From the sequence record SRR22947727_488: a stretch of DNA of 30,439 bases. One strand, written 5' to 3'. Made by a program: the position numbers and the translations under genes. Every line of letters begins with the position of its first letter. The stretch's first letter is position 1. The notes below the pieces were generated by a model. The model worked only from the letters and a program-made list of their open reading frames with translations, was not told where the DNA came from and ran no database searches. Shown here piece after piece: positions 19,013 through 28,420 of the stretch.

Positions 19013-21757
19013 GTGAATGATGAAACTAAAATTCCTTTTGATAATAGTCCAATTAATCCAGAGCATGGCATATCTCCAATAACGATCGAAGAGGAAATGA
19101 AGCGTTCCTATCTAGATTATGCAATGTCAGTAATTGTTTCTCGAGCAATACCGGATGTTAGAGATGGTTTAAAGCCAGTTCACAGAAGAATATTATACTC
19201 AATGCATGAAAACGGCTTTACTCGAGAAAAAGCATACAAGAAATCTGCTCGTGTTGTTGGTGATGTAATCGGTAAATATCATCCACACGGTGATAGTGCA
19301 GTTTATGATGCTCTAGTACGTCTTGCGCAGGACTTCTCTATGCGACTCCCTTTGCTTGATGGACAAGGAAATTTTGGCTCCATAGACGGTGACCCTCCAG
19401 CTGCTATGCGTTATACTGAGGTTAGAATGGATAAACCAGCTGCTTCACTGTTAGCTGATATTGAAAAAAACACTGTTAACTTTCAAGAAAATTACGATTC
19501 TTCTGAAAATGAACCAGTAGTTCTTCCGTCGCGATTTCCTAATATTTTAGTGAATGGAGCCGGTGGGATTGCTGTTGGTATGGCTACTAATATTCCTCCT
19601 CATAATTTGGGTGAAGTAATTGATGCTACGCTTGCAATCATGTTGGATGAAAATTTATCTGATGAGGACCTTTTGAATATCATACCGGGCCCTGATTTTC
19701 CAACCGGTGCACTAATTATGGGTCATAGCGGTGCTCGCTCTGGTGTACTTACAGGTAAGGGATCGGTTACTATGAGAGCTGTTGCTGATGTAGAGGAAAT
19801 TCGTAAAGATAGGTATGCTATAATAGTCACGGAATTGCCTTATCAAGTGAATAAGGCAAACATGATCAAAAAGATAGCAACTCTTGTTAATGAGAAAAGA
19901 ATAGAAGGTATTTCCGCTGTACGTGATGAATCAGACCGGGTAGGCATGAGGGTGGTAATTGAGCTTAAACGTGATGCTGTTGCTGATGTTGTATTAAATC
20001 AATTGTTTAAATATTCGGCTATGCAACAAAATTTTAGTTCTAATATGTTAGCCTTAAATGGAGGCAAGCCCGAACAAATGAATGTTCGGACTATGCTTAA
20101 GGCTTTTTTAGGTTTCCGAGAGGAAATAATTGCTAGGCGTTCTAAGTTTGATTTAAGCAAAGCAAGAGATCGAGCTCATATTCTTGTTGGTCTCGCAACG
20201 GCTGTAGCTAATATTGATGAAATAATTAAAATAATTAGAGGGTCAAAAAACCCTAAAGATGCACGCTATAATTTACTTTCAAAAACTTGGGATGCTCAAT
20301 CAATGGGTTCTCTTATTGAATTAATTGCTGATCCGAGGTCTTTGCTTTTAAGTGATGGAACTATACAATTAACAGAAGAGCAAGCTAAAGCCATATTGGA
20401 GTTAAGACTTTTAAAATTAACAGCTTTGGGCATGGATGAAATAACCGATGAGGCCAAGAAGCTTTCTATAAAGATAATAGACTTACTGGATATTTTAAGA
20501 TCTCGTGAAAGAGTTCAGTCTATTATTCGTGAAGAGCTTACAGAAGTAAAAGAAAAATTCGCAACTCCACGCCGCTCAATATTTACAGCAGGGGGTTTGG
20601 ACTTTGATGACGAAGACCTGATTCCAATTGAGGAAATGGTCGTTACTGTAACAGCGGGTGGATATGTAAAAAGAACGCCCTTAGATACCTACCGAGCACA
20701 AAGACGCGGGGGTAAGGGGCGATCAGGAATGTCTATGAAAGATGAGGATTATGTTACTACTGTATTTGTTGCAACTACTCATACACCAGTTTTATTTTTT
20801 AGTTCGACTGGAATGTCATATAAGTTAAAAGTATGGAAATTACCATTAGGAGGAGCTGCAACAAGAGGTAAGGCGCTAATAAATTTATTACCACTTGACC
20901 AAAATGAAACAATCAACTCAATAATGTCACTTCCTGAAGATGAAGAAAATTGGAAAAATCTTGATATTATGTTTGCTGCGCGCTCTGGAGGCGTCAGAAG
21001 AAATTCTCTAGCTGATTTCACACGAGTTAACAGAAATGGTAAAATTGCTATGAAACCAGATGAAGGCGATGGTATTGTTGATGTAAGATTGTGCACTGAA
21101 GATGATGATATACTTTTAACCACTGCTATGGGTAAAGCTCTTAGGTGTAGAGTGACTGATGTTAGGAGGTTTGTAGGACGAACATCAAGTGGTGTTAGGG
21201 GAATAAAGTTAGCAGCGGGTGATGAAGTAATATCTATGGCTGTATTGAGACACGTTGATGTAATGACAGAAGAGTCTCGTGCATATATGAAGCATGCTAA
21301 TGCTATGCGTCGAGCATTAGGTGAAGGTGATGATGATTCTGACGAATCTGAAGTAGAAAGCAGTTTGTCAGATGAGCGTATTGGTGTACTCGGTGCAAAT
21401 GAGCAGTTTTTACTTACATTAGCAAGCGATGGGTTTGGTAAAAGAAGTTCTAGTTATGATTATCGTTGTATGAACCGTGGTGGACAGGGGGTAACAGCTC
21501 AAGAATTAGCTAGAAAAGTTGGAGATGACGCTAAGTTAGTTAGAAGCTTTACCATTGAAGATGAAAATCAGCTCATGATAGTTACTGATGGCGGTCAACT
21601 TATCAGATGTCCAGTTAAAAATATTCGTATAGTTAGCCGTACATCAAGGGGGGTTACTGTTATCAGGGTTAAGGATGATGAAAAAGTAGTAAGCGTAGAG
21701 CGTATTGAAGATAATGATGAATCAGAAGAGAATAACGAAGTTAATACAATTACTTAA
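19013..21757 (+). CDS. gyrA: DNA gyrase subunit A
   Basis: [48 protein letters not shown] catalytic Tyr, GyrA-box QRRGGKG (distinguishes it from ParC); GTG 19013 preferred, TTG 18998 possible. Confidence 0.99.
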   Translation: MNDETKIPFDNSPINPEHGISPITIEEEMKRSYLDYAMSVIVSRAIPDVRDGLKPVHRRILYSMHENGFTREKAYKKSARVVGDVIGKYHPHGDSAVYDALVRLAQDFSMRLPLLDGQGNFGSIDGDPPAAMRYTEVRMDKPAASLLADIEKNTVNFQENYDSSENEPVVLPSRFPNILVNGAGGIAVGMATNIPPHNLGEVIDATLAIMLDENLSDEDLLNIIPGPDFPTGALIMGHSGARSGVLTGKGSVTMRAVADVEEIRKDRYAIIVTELPYQVNKANMIKKIATLVNEKRIEGISAVRDESDRVGMRVVIELKRDAVADVVLNQLFKYSAMQQNFSSNMLALNGGKPEQMNVRTMLKAFLGFREEIIARRSKFDLSKARDRAHILVGLATAVANIDEIIKIIRGSKNPKDARYNLLSKTWDAQSMGSLIELIADPRSLLLSDGTIQLTEEQAKAILELRLLKLTALGMDEITDEAKKLSIKIIDLLDILRSRERVQSIIREELTEVKEKFATPRRSIFTAGGLDFDDEDLIPIEEMVVTVTAGGYVKRTPLDTYRAQRRGGKGRSGMSMKDEDYVTTVFVATTHTPVLFFSSTGMSYKLKVWKLPLGGAATRGKALINLLPLDQNETINSIMSLPEDEENWKNLDIMFAARSGGVRRNSLADFTRVNRNGKIAMKPDEGDGIVDVRLCTEDDDILLTTAMGKALRCRVTDVRRFVGRTSSGVRGIKLAAGDEVISMAVLRHVDVMTEESRAYMKHANAMRRALGEGDDDSDESEVESSLSDERIGVLGANEQFLLTLASDGFGKRSSSYDYRCMNRGGQGVTAQELARKVGDDAKLVRSFTIEDENQLMIVTDGGQLIRCPVKNIRIVSRTSRGVTVIRVKDDEKVVSVERIEDNDESEENNEVNTIT

Positions 21758-21766
21758 AGTATTAAC

Positions 21767-22936
21767 TTAACTCCATTTTTCTCTCAAAAACTTTTCTTTT
21801 TTGGGATCTATATTAACATTATTAATATCATTATTCGCCCATTCCATTACTCTTTTATCCATTATCGCAAACCAAAGAGGTGGAATAAAAGCTAACGCGA
21901 AGCACCCACCATAGCCGGTTGGAAGAGAGGGAACATTTTCATAGTCCCTAAGTACTTGATATGCGCGCATCGGGTAAGCGTGATGGTCTGAGTGTCTTTG
22001 GAGGTGAAATGATAGAAGATTCGAATATGTATGATTTGTGTTCCAGCTATGTTTAGGTTGACAGCGCTCATATTTACCATTCGGTAATTTTTTACGCATT
22101 AATCCGTAATGTTCTATATAATTTGCCTGCGTTAGTGTTAACCAAGCTAAAAAATGATGTGGAATAAGAAATAATAAGATTGTAGGGTCAAATATGTATG
22201 CAAAAACAAATAAGGATACAGTGGTAACTGCGTAAACTTGTAAAAGATCATTTTCTAAAGACCAGAAATTTTTTCCTGAATTTTTTAATCTTTTTTTCTC
22301 AAAATCTATACCTCTTTTGAATGTTCCAGAAAGCTCACGGATTAAAAATGCATAAAAACTTTCTCCCATTCTCGAACTAGCAGGGTCCTCTGGTGTTGCC
22401 ACCCAAGTATGGTGGCCTTTGTTATGCTCTATATTGAAGTGACCGTATCCCATTATCATGTTACCAATTTTAGCTGAAAACCTATCAAGTTTATTTGATT
22501 TGTGGCCTAATTCGTGCGTCATAACCATTACTCCACCGCTATTAGCGCCTACACCAATAATTAATGCCAGGACAGACCACCACGGCAACTGTTGAGTTCC
22601 TACAAATGCAACAAAGCTGATATAGAGTATAATTGAAACTAGTATTAAAGAGTGAACAATGAACCTGTAGTAATTATCTGCCATCATAGCATTAACAACT
22701 TCTTCCGGAGGATTATGCTCATCTTCACCTATTATAAAGTCCATGATAGGCGGGAAAATATAGAAATATAACATCGGTATCAGTGTAAAAATTGGATTTT
22801 TGTCAAACGTAAAAAACAAATATATTGAAAGCCATGACATTAAAGGGGATACCAAAATTACCCAATATAGATGGCGCTTTTTGTCAGTGTAGATGATTTC
22901 ACTGCCATGTTCTGAAAATCCTGTGAAAGTCTTCAT
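21767..22936 (-). CDS. alkB: Alkane 1-monooxygenase (integral-membrane diiron hydroxylase)
   Basis: All AlkB motifs present: HELGH, EHNKGHH, ATPEDPASSR, NYIEHYGL, LQRHSDHHA; N-terminal YTDKKRHLY and TM helices. Confidence 0.96.
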   Translation of the reverse strand: MKTFTGFSEHGSEIIYTDKKRHLYWVILVSPLMSWLSIYLFFTFDKNPIFTLIPMLYFYIFPPIMDFIIGEDEHNPPEEVVNAMMADNYYRFIVHSLILVSIILYISFVAFVGTQQLPWWSVLALIIGVGANSGGVMVMTHELGHKSNKLDRFSAKIGNMIMGYGHFNIEHNKGHHTWVATPEDPASSRMGESFYAFLIRELSGTFKRGIDFEKKRLKNSGKNFWSLENDLLQVYAVTTVSLFVFAYIFDPTILLFLIPHHFLAWLTLTQANYIEHYGLMRKKLPNGKYERCQPKHSWNTNHTYSNLLSFHLQRHSDHHAYPMRAYQVLRDYENVPSLPTGYGGCFALAFIPPLWFAIMDKRVMEWANNDINNVNIDPKKEKFLREKWS

Positions 22937-23310
22937 GGTTGTTCCTCATATTTTTCTGTAAACGGAACGCAAAGGTCTCGCATAGGGCTCAGTGCTGATA
23001 AAATAAATTCCAATCTTTCAACTATATATGGACCATTAATATCATGAAATACTTGTCGCCCAATTTTTTTTGAGGTTGTTATTCCTGCTTTTTCTAGGTT
23101 TAGTAGATGCCTAGAAATAACAGAACGGTCTTGAGATAAATCTTTTGCTACAGTCGTGACATCGCAAACGCCAGTAGAAACTAATTTTTTTATAATTTGT
23201 ACGCGTGTGGGATCGGTTAACGCTTTTAAAAAAACTGTATCCAGTACTTCAATTATTGTATTTGAAATTGACTTTATTTCAAGTTCTTGAGAATTCTTAT
23301 TTATTATCAT
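22933..23310 (-). CDS. ArsR/SmtB-family transcriptional regulator
   Basis: FLKALTDPTRVQIIKKL...SQDRSVISRHL..LEKAGI....GRQV winged HTH; ATG 23310 preferred because the upstream ATG at 23328 lies inside the operator repeat; ATGA overlap with alkB. Confidence 0.9.
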   Translation of the reverse strand: MIINKNSQELEIKSISNTIIEVLDTVFLKALTDPTRVQIIKKLVSTGVCDVTTVAKDLSQDRSVISRHLLNLEKAGITTSKKIGRQVFHDINGPYIVERLEFILSALSPMRDLCVPFTEKYEEQP

Positions 23311-23340
23311 ATGTGTATGTATGCACACATATGCACATAT
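23308..23340. promoter_or_regulatory. Inverted/tandem repeat operator, probable ArsR autoregulatory site
   Basis: CATATGTGT-N8-ACACATATG (23308-23333) plus the tandem 10-mer ATGCACACAT/ATGCACATAT (23321-23340). Confidence 0.7.
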
Positions 23341-23352
23341 TTCAATTATTTT

Positions 23353-24480
23353 TTAATCTAATGCCTCAGTTTTATATATTTGAATATTTAAACCTCCATT
23401 CGAAACATTTAAATTAGAGGAAACAAAAGGTAAATTAGTGGATTGTGCTAATCCGTTATCAGAGGTAACCATACCAACCCTCCATCCAAAAAATTCATTT
23501 CTCATTTTTTCACCAAATGTTCTGTATAATGAGAAGAGATCTTTTTTCTTACCTATCCTGGCGCCATATGGTGGATTTACTATAACCAAGCCTTCAGAAC
23601 CATCTGGTCTTTTTAATTTTTCAATATTTTGAGTATGAAAATTACAGATATCATCTAGACCAGCTCGTTTGGAGTTTTGATTAGAGTATTCTATTACATT
23701 GTGATTTCTATCAAAGCCCATAAACGAAAATGCTGAAGGTTTATTTTGCCATTTTTTCTTTAAATTACTAAACAATTTTTCATCGTAACTAATGAGGTTT
23801 TGAAAATTAAATTTCCTATTTCTTCCTGGCATTAGATTGCGTGATATTCCTGCGGCCTCTATGACAAATGTACCAGAGCCACACATTGGGTCCACCACAG
23901 GTTCGTTTCCTGAATATCCACAAAAATTCAATGCTAAAGATGCAATATTTTCTCGAATTGGAGCTTTACCCATTGCTAATTTATAGCCGCGTTTATACAG
24001 CCCGTCGCCAGAAGTATCGATAGATATAATAACATTATTATCGATTATTCTTATTTTCAATACAATATCGGCGGACGAAATCGATTGTGCCACTGTGTTA
24101 CCAAGTTCTTCAGAAATAGCTCTTTCTATTCTTTCTACAGCTGCTCCAGCATGGTATATTTTGTTTTTTCTATTTGTAACTACTTCTGCTTTCACACTCA
24201 TTCCCTGAGGTATTGTGTTACGCCATGGAAACCTTCTTGCACGTTTATCAAGTTGAGCTAAATGAAATGCACGAAATTCACCAATACGAGCTAATACTTT
24301 TGTTGCCCCCCTTAAATATAAGTTCATTTTCCAAACATCCATCCAGTCACCCGTTATCGATACTCCTCCTACATGTAAATTTGATTCACTATAACCAAAT
24401 TTTCTGACCTCCTCATGGAGTAAATACTCCAACCCAAGCTGAGTAGTTATAAATATTTCAAATTTGTCTGTTTGTTTCAT
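23353..24480 (-). CDS. THUMP-domain class I SAM-dependent RNA methyltransferase (stand-alone RlmL-like)
   Basis: GLE..L..E, SIDTSG..LYKRGYK....KAPIRENIA, DPMCGSGTFVIEAA, VNPPYG.RIG. Confidence 0.92.
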   Translation of the reverse strand: MKQTDKFEIFITTQLGLEYLLHEEVRKFGYSESNLHVGGVSITGDWMDVWKMNLYLRGATKVLARIGEFRAFHLAQLDKRARRFPWRNTIPQGMSVKAEVVTNRKNKIYHAGAAVERIERAISEELGNTVAQSISSADIVLKIRIIDNNVIISIDTSGDGLYKRGYKLAMGKAPIRENIASLALNFCGYSGNEPVVDPMCGSGTFVIEAAGISRNLMPGRNRKFNFQNLISYDEKLFSNLKKKWQNKPSAFSFMGFDRNHNVIEYSNQNSKRAGLDDICNFHTQNIEKLKRPDGSEGLVIVNPPYGARIGKKKDLFSLYRTFGEKMRNEFFGWRVGMVTSDNGLAQSTNLPFVSSNLNVSNGGLNIQIYKTEALD

Positions 24481-24582
24481 CTTGAAACATATATGCTTAT
24501 ATAAACGTAATAGTAAGTAGATTTAATTTTATTATAAAAAAAATTCTATTTAACTGATGCGTAACTTTTAAAAGGATGCAAA

Positions 24583-26352
24583 ATGGGCAAAAAACCTATC
24601 ACTGATATGAAAGCATTTAGCGCCTCAAAAAATATTAAAAACCAATCATTTGTTTATAATGGCAGTATTTTCACTGAAGACTTAGTGGCTGCAATAATTG
24701 TGACTATTTTATTGGTTCCACAATCATTGGCTTACGCATTATTAGCGGGATTGCCTCCACAAGTTGGAATATATGTGTCAATTTTTCCTTTATTAGCATA
24801 TGCTCTTTTAGGTTCTTCTAAGTACTTAAACGTTGGTCCTACAGCAGTTATCTCTATTATGACTGCAGCATCAATATCGATATTGCCTGAAAGTGAACGT
24901 CTTATTAGCGCTGCAGCATTGGGGGTTATGACTGGAAGTATATTATTAGTTGCGTGGCTATTTAAGGCAGGATTTATAATGAACTTTGTGTCTCGCCCTG
25001 TCGTTTCGGCTTACATTACTGGTGCCGCAATTCTAATCATAATAAGCCAGCTAAAGCATATTTTTGGTGTAAATATCTATAGTAGCACTGCATTAAGCAT
25101 GCTTAGTGAATTACTTAAAAACATGTATAATATAAATGAGTATTCAATGTTAATTGGCATTTGTGCTATTTCTTTACTTATAATTATTAACCGTTATTTG
25201 GCATATAGTTTAATTAGGCTTAGAATAAAAAGCCGGCGAGCAAAACTAGTTGGTAGAATAGCGCCAATATTAATTGTTGCTATTTTTATTATGTTTAGTT
25301 CATTTTATAATTTTTCAAATACTTTCGATCTTAATGTGGTGGGAGAGATACCAAAAGGCTTGCCACCTTTTAGTATTCCGGTTCTGCCTTATTCATCATT
25401 ACAATCACTTGCGATGCCAGCAGTTGTTATAGCGATTGTAGCTTTTGTGGATAGCTGCTCCACAGCACAGGAATTAGCAGCCCGCTCCAGGAGTAGGGTG
25501 GATTCAAATAAAGAACTACTAAGCCTTGGCGCATCAAATTTAGTCGCAGGCATGACTGGTGGCTACCCTATTAACGGCAGCATGTCACGTTCAGCAGTAA
25601 ATTTTAATGCAGGTGGTAAAACAAGATTTGTAGGATTATTGGTTGCCATGATGATGGCTCTAACTGCAGTTTTCCTTACTCCAATACTTAAGGATTTGCC
25701 TTTAGCGGTTTTAGCAGCATTAATAATTGTCGCTTGCTTTAGTTTAGTTGACTTTAAAAACCTTTGGGAAACTTGGGTGTACAGCCGAGCTGATGGAATT
25801 ACTGCAATAGCAACATTTTCTTCAGTTTTAATTTTTGGAGTTCAGTGGGGTGTTTTAGTCGGTGTTATTCTTGCAATGTCTCTTCATATTAACTCAACTT
25901 TATTGCCGCATATGCCTCTTGTTGGTCGTTTTCCAGGAACAGAGCATTATAGAGATTCTGGCAGGTTTAATGTTGAAACTAATGAAATCATAAAAACATT
26001 ACGCGTTGATGAGAGTTTGTATTATGCAAATGCTAGATATCTTGAGGATAGAGTGGCCCAAGTAGTTGAAGAAAGCCCTGATCTTAAAGACTTGGTGCTA
26101 ATGTGCACTGCAGTAAATAGAATAGACGCAAGTGCGCTTTCAAGCCTGGAGGAAATAAATAAGCGTTTGAAAAGTGCGGAAATAAGACTTCATTTTTCTG
26201 ATATGCAAAGTCGTGTTAAAGAACGGTTATTTAGGTCAAATTTTTTGGATAAACTATCAGGTCAAATTTTTCTATCGCAGCATGAGGCTATGGAAGAGTT
26301 GGAGCCTGAGCCAGACTGGAATGTACTTTCTGACCATATAGATATACACTAA
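24583..26352 (+). CDS. SulP/SLC26-family inorganic anion transporter with STAS domain
   Basis: LVPQSLAYALLAGLPP..G.Y, GPTA, GSMSRSAVN..AG, STAS domain (LRVDESLYYANA...IDASAL). Confidence 0.95.
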   Translation: MGKKPITDMKAFSASKNIKNQSFVYNGSIFTEDLVAAIIVTILLVPQSLAYALLAGLPPQVGIYVSIFPLLAYALLGSSKYLNVGPTAVISIMTAASISILPESERLISAAALGVMTGSILLVAWLFKAGFIMNFVSRPVVSAYITGAAILIIISQLKHIFGVNIYSSTALSMLSELLKNMYNINEYSMLIGICAISLLIIINRYLAYSLIRLRIKSRRAKLVGRIAPILIVAIFIMFSSFYNFSNTFDLNVVGEIPKGLPPFSIPVLPYSSLQSLAMPAVVIAIVAFVDSCSTAQELAARSRSRVDSNKELLSLGASNLVAGMTGGYPINGSMSRSAVNFNAGGKTRFVGLLVAMMMALTAVFLTPILKDLPLAVLAALIIVACFSLVDFKNLWETWVYSRADGITAIATFSSVLIFGVQWGVLVGVILAMSLHINSTLLPHMPLVGRFPGTEHYRDSGRFNVETNEIIKTLRVDESLYYANARYLEDRVAQVVEESPDLKDLVLMCTAVNRIDASALSSLEEINKRLKSAEIRLHFSDMQSRVKERLFRSNFLDKLSGQIFLSQHEAMEELEPEPDWNVLSDHIDIH

Positions 26353-26454
26353 TTATAAAAATTTATTTACAGAAAGCTTATATTTCGTCTACGGTGGAAG
26401 AGAATTGCCTTGAGCCCAAATTTGGTTGCTCGGCTAATAAATGTGAGATTAATA

Positions 26455-27597
26455 ATGCCGGATAGAATATTATCCGCAGGCGTAAGTTTGGATAATGATG
26501 GTAAAGAAAAACCAACTAAGCCTCGTCGACGGAAAAACAGGTCTAATTCTTTAGGTAATAAGAGCCCCAAGAAAGATCACCCTTTATATGCTGCCATTGA
26601 TTTAGGTACTAATAATTGCCGTTTGCTAATCGCCCGTCCAGTGGATGAGGGGTTTAAGGTCATTGATAGCTACTCCAAAGTCGTAAGGTTGGGTGTAGGA
26701 CTGGAAAGTACAGGTTTGCTATCTAAGGAAAGCATAAATAATGCGGTTGATGCCCTGTATGTTTGCGCGAAAAAAATAAAAACTCACCGAGTCAAGCGCT
26801 GGAGATGTGTAGCCACAGAAGCTTGTAGAAAAGCCTTAAACGGAAAATATTTTTTGGACCGTGTAAAAAAAGAGACGGGTTTATCCCTTGAAATTATATC
26901 TCCCCGCGTAGAATCAAGGTTAGCTGTGATGGGATGCATAAATTTAATTGATACTACTAAAAATGTAGCTTTAGTTGTAGATATTGGAGGGGGCTCAACG
27001 GAATTAAGTTGGGTTGATGTGCGCCGCCTAAAAGATGAAAATCTATCGACAAAAATTTACAGGCCGCCTATCAGTGCATGGGCCTCACTTCCTATTGGCG
27101 TAGTTACCTTATCTGAAAGAATACCAGAATTAAATGATAGAGCCTTATGGTATGAAAATATGAAAACAGTTGTTCGAGATGAAATAAATAAGAGCAATTG
27201 TAAGAATAGATTTGTAAATATTTTTAATGAAGGAAAAGGACATATTATTGGCACTTCAGGAACTATTACTTCTCTCGCAGGTATCCATTTAAAACTTCCT
27301 TACTACCAACGCGATAAAGTTGATGGACTTTGGTTACGTACGAGTGATGCTATCAAAGTTTCAAGATATATGTCTTCTTTATCACCGTTGGAACGGGCAA
27401 AAGAGCCGTGTATAGGAGAGGAACGGGCAAATCTTTTGGTTGCTGGTTGTGCAATTACTGATGTTATATGTGAAATTTGGCCTAGTAAGATAATACGAGT
27501 TGCTGATAGGGGGCTTAGGGAGGGTATGCTTATGGGTTTAATGCAGCAAAAACAGAAAGTTACTATAGCTAATGGGTTGCAGTATGACCGATTATGA
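26455..27597 (+). CDS. Ppx/GppA-family phosphatase
   Basis: AAIDLGTNNCRLLIA, VATEACR.A.N, VDIGGGSTELSW, GTSGTIT, ADRGLREG; ATG 26455 preferred over TTG 26410. Confidence 0.94.
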   Translation: MPDRILSAGVSLDNDGKEKPTKPRRRKNRSNSLGNKSPKKDHPLYAAIDLGTNNCRLLIARPVDEGFKVIDSYSKVVRLGVGLESTGLLSKESINNAVDALYVCAKKIKTHRVKRWRCVATEACRKALNGKYFLDRVKKETGLSLEIISPRVESRLAVMGCINLIDTTKNVALVVDIGGGSTELSWVDVRRLKDENLSTKIYRPPISAWASLPIGVVTLSERIPELNDRALWYENMKTVVRDEINKSNCKNRFVNIFNEGKGHIIGTSGTITSLAGIHLKLPYYQRDKVDGLWLRTSDAIKVSRYMSSLSPLERAKEPCIGEERANLLVAGCAITDVICEIWPSKIIRVADRGLREGMLMGLMQQKQKVTIANGLQYDRL

Positions 27598-28330
27598 GCC
27601 TAAAAAGCGCATGTCTGGTGGTAAACCTGACACAGAAAAGCGAGAACGAAAGACTAAATCAATAGATGTAACAAATGCTACTAGAATGATGACTCGCAAG
27701 GTGAAAACTGCGCGAGGAAGAAAAATCTCATCAAAACTCTGGATTGAGCGTCAAATTAATGACCCATATGTGAAAGAAGCAAAAATAAAGGGATATAGAT
27801 CAAGAGCAGCTTTTAAATTGTTGGAATTAAATAAGAAATTTAATTTAATACAAAAAGATGCATTAGTTGTTGACCTTGGGTGCGCGCCGGGGGGTTGGGT
27901 TCAAATAGCTCTTAAACTTGGAGCTTATCGAGTTGTAGGTATTGATTTATTATCCGTTGAGCCAATTGGATCTGCAGACATGATTGAAATGGACTTTATG
28001 AATAAAGATGCCCCAGATATATTGAAGAAAAAACTAGGAAGACAGCCTGACATTGTACTTTCTGATTTGGCAGCGAATACTACAGGTCACAGACAGACAG
28101 ATCATTTAAAAACAGTTTCTCTTGTGGAGTCTGCGGCTGAATTTGCTATGGAAGTTCTTAAACCTGGTGGTTCTTTTGTAACTAAAGTTTTTCAAGGAGG
28201 GGCTGAAGAAAAATTATTAAATATACTCAAAAAATCTTTTAAAACTGTAAAACACGCTAAGCCAAAAAGTTCCAGATCAGGAAGCCCAGAAATGTATTTA
28301 GTGGCGAAAGGCTTCCTTATAAAAAAATAA
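27584..28330 (+). CDS. rlmE: 23S rRNA (uridine-2552-2'-O)-methyltransferase RlmE/FtsJ
   Basis: W..RQINDPYV, GYRSRAAFKL, VDLGCAPGGW, VLSDLA, K...SR..S.E.Y; start 27584 or 27572. Confidence 0.97.
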   Translation: MTDYEPKKRMSGGKPDTEKRERKTKSIDVTNATRMMTRKVKTARGRKISSKLWIERQINDPYVKEAKIKGYRSRAAFKLLELNKKFNLIQKDALVVDLGCAPGGWVQIALKLGAYRVVGIDLLSVEPIGSADMIEMDFMNKDAPDILKKKLGRQPDIVLSDLAANTTGHRQTDHLKTVSLVESAAEFAMEVLKPGGSFVTKVFQGGAEEKLLNILKKSFKTVKHAKPKSSRSGSPEMYLVAKGFLIKK

Positions 28331-28365
28331 GCACTGAAATAAAGCATAATTCAATTAACTTTCCC

Positions 28366-28406
28366 TTTGCATTTATTAGTTATCCCTGATAACTCCCGCT
28401 TGCAAA
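28366..28406. promoter_or_regulatory. Symmetric hyphenated palindrome over the putative guaB promoter
   Basis: TTTGCA-N6-AGTTATC-CCT-GATAACT-N6-TGCAAA; overlaps TTGCAT-N17-TAACTC; AGGAGG RBS follows. Confidence 0.55.
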
Positions 28407-28420
28407 AGTAGGAGGATCCC

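Noticed and set aside
21250-21400. Acidic insertion in the GyrA C-terminal domain
   Set aside because: Typical of alphaproteobacterial GyrA; no intein motifs; QRDR serine is wild type
26412-26431. Small hairpin GAGCCCAAATTTGGTTGCTC upstream of ppx/gppA; considered as tRNA remnant or terminator
   Set aside because: Too short, no cloverleaf elements, no U-tract
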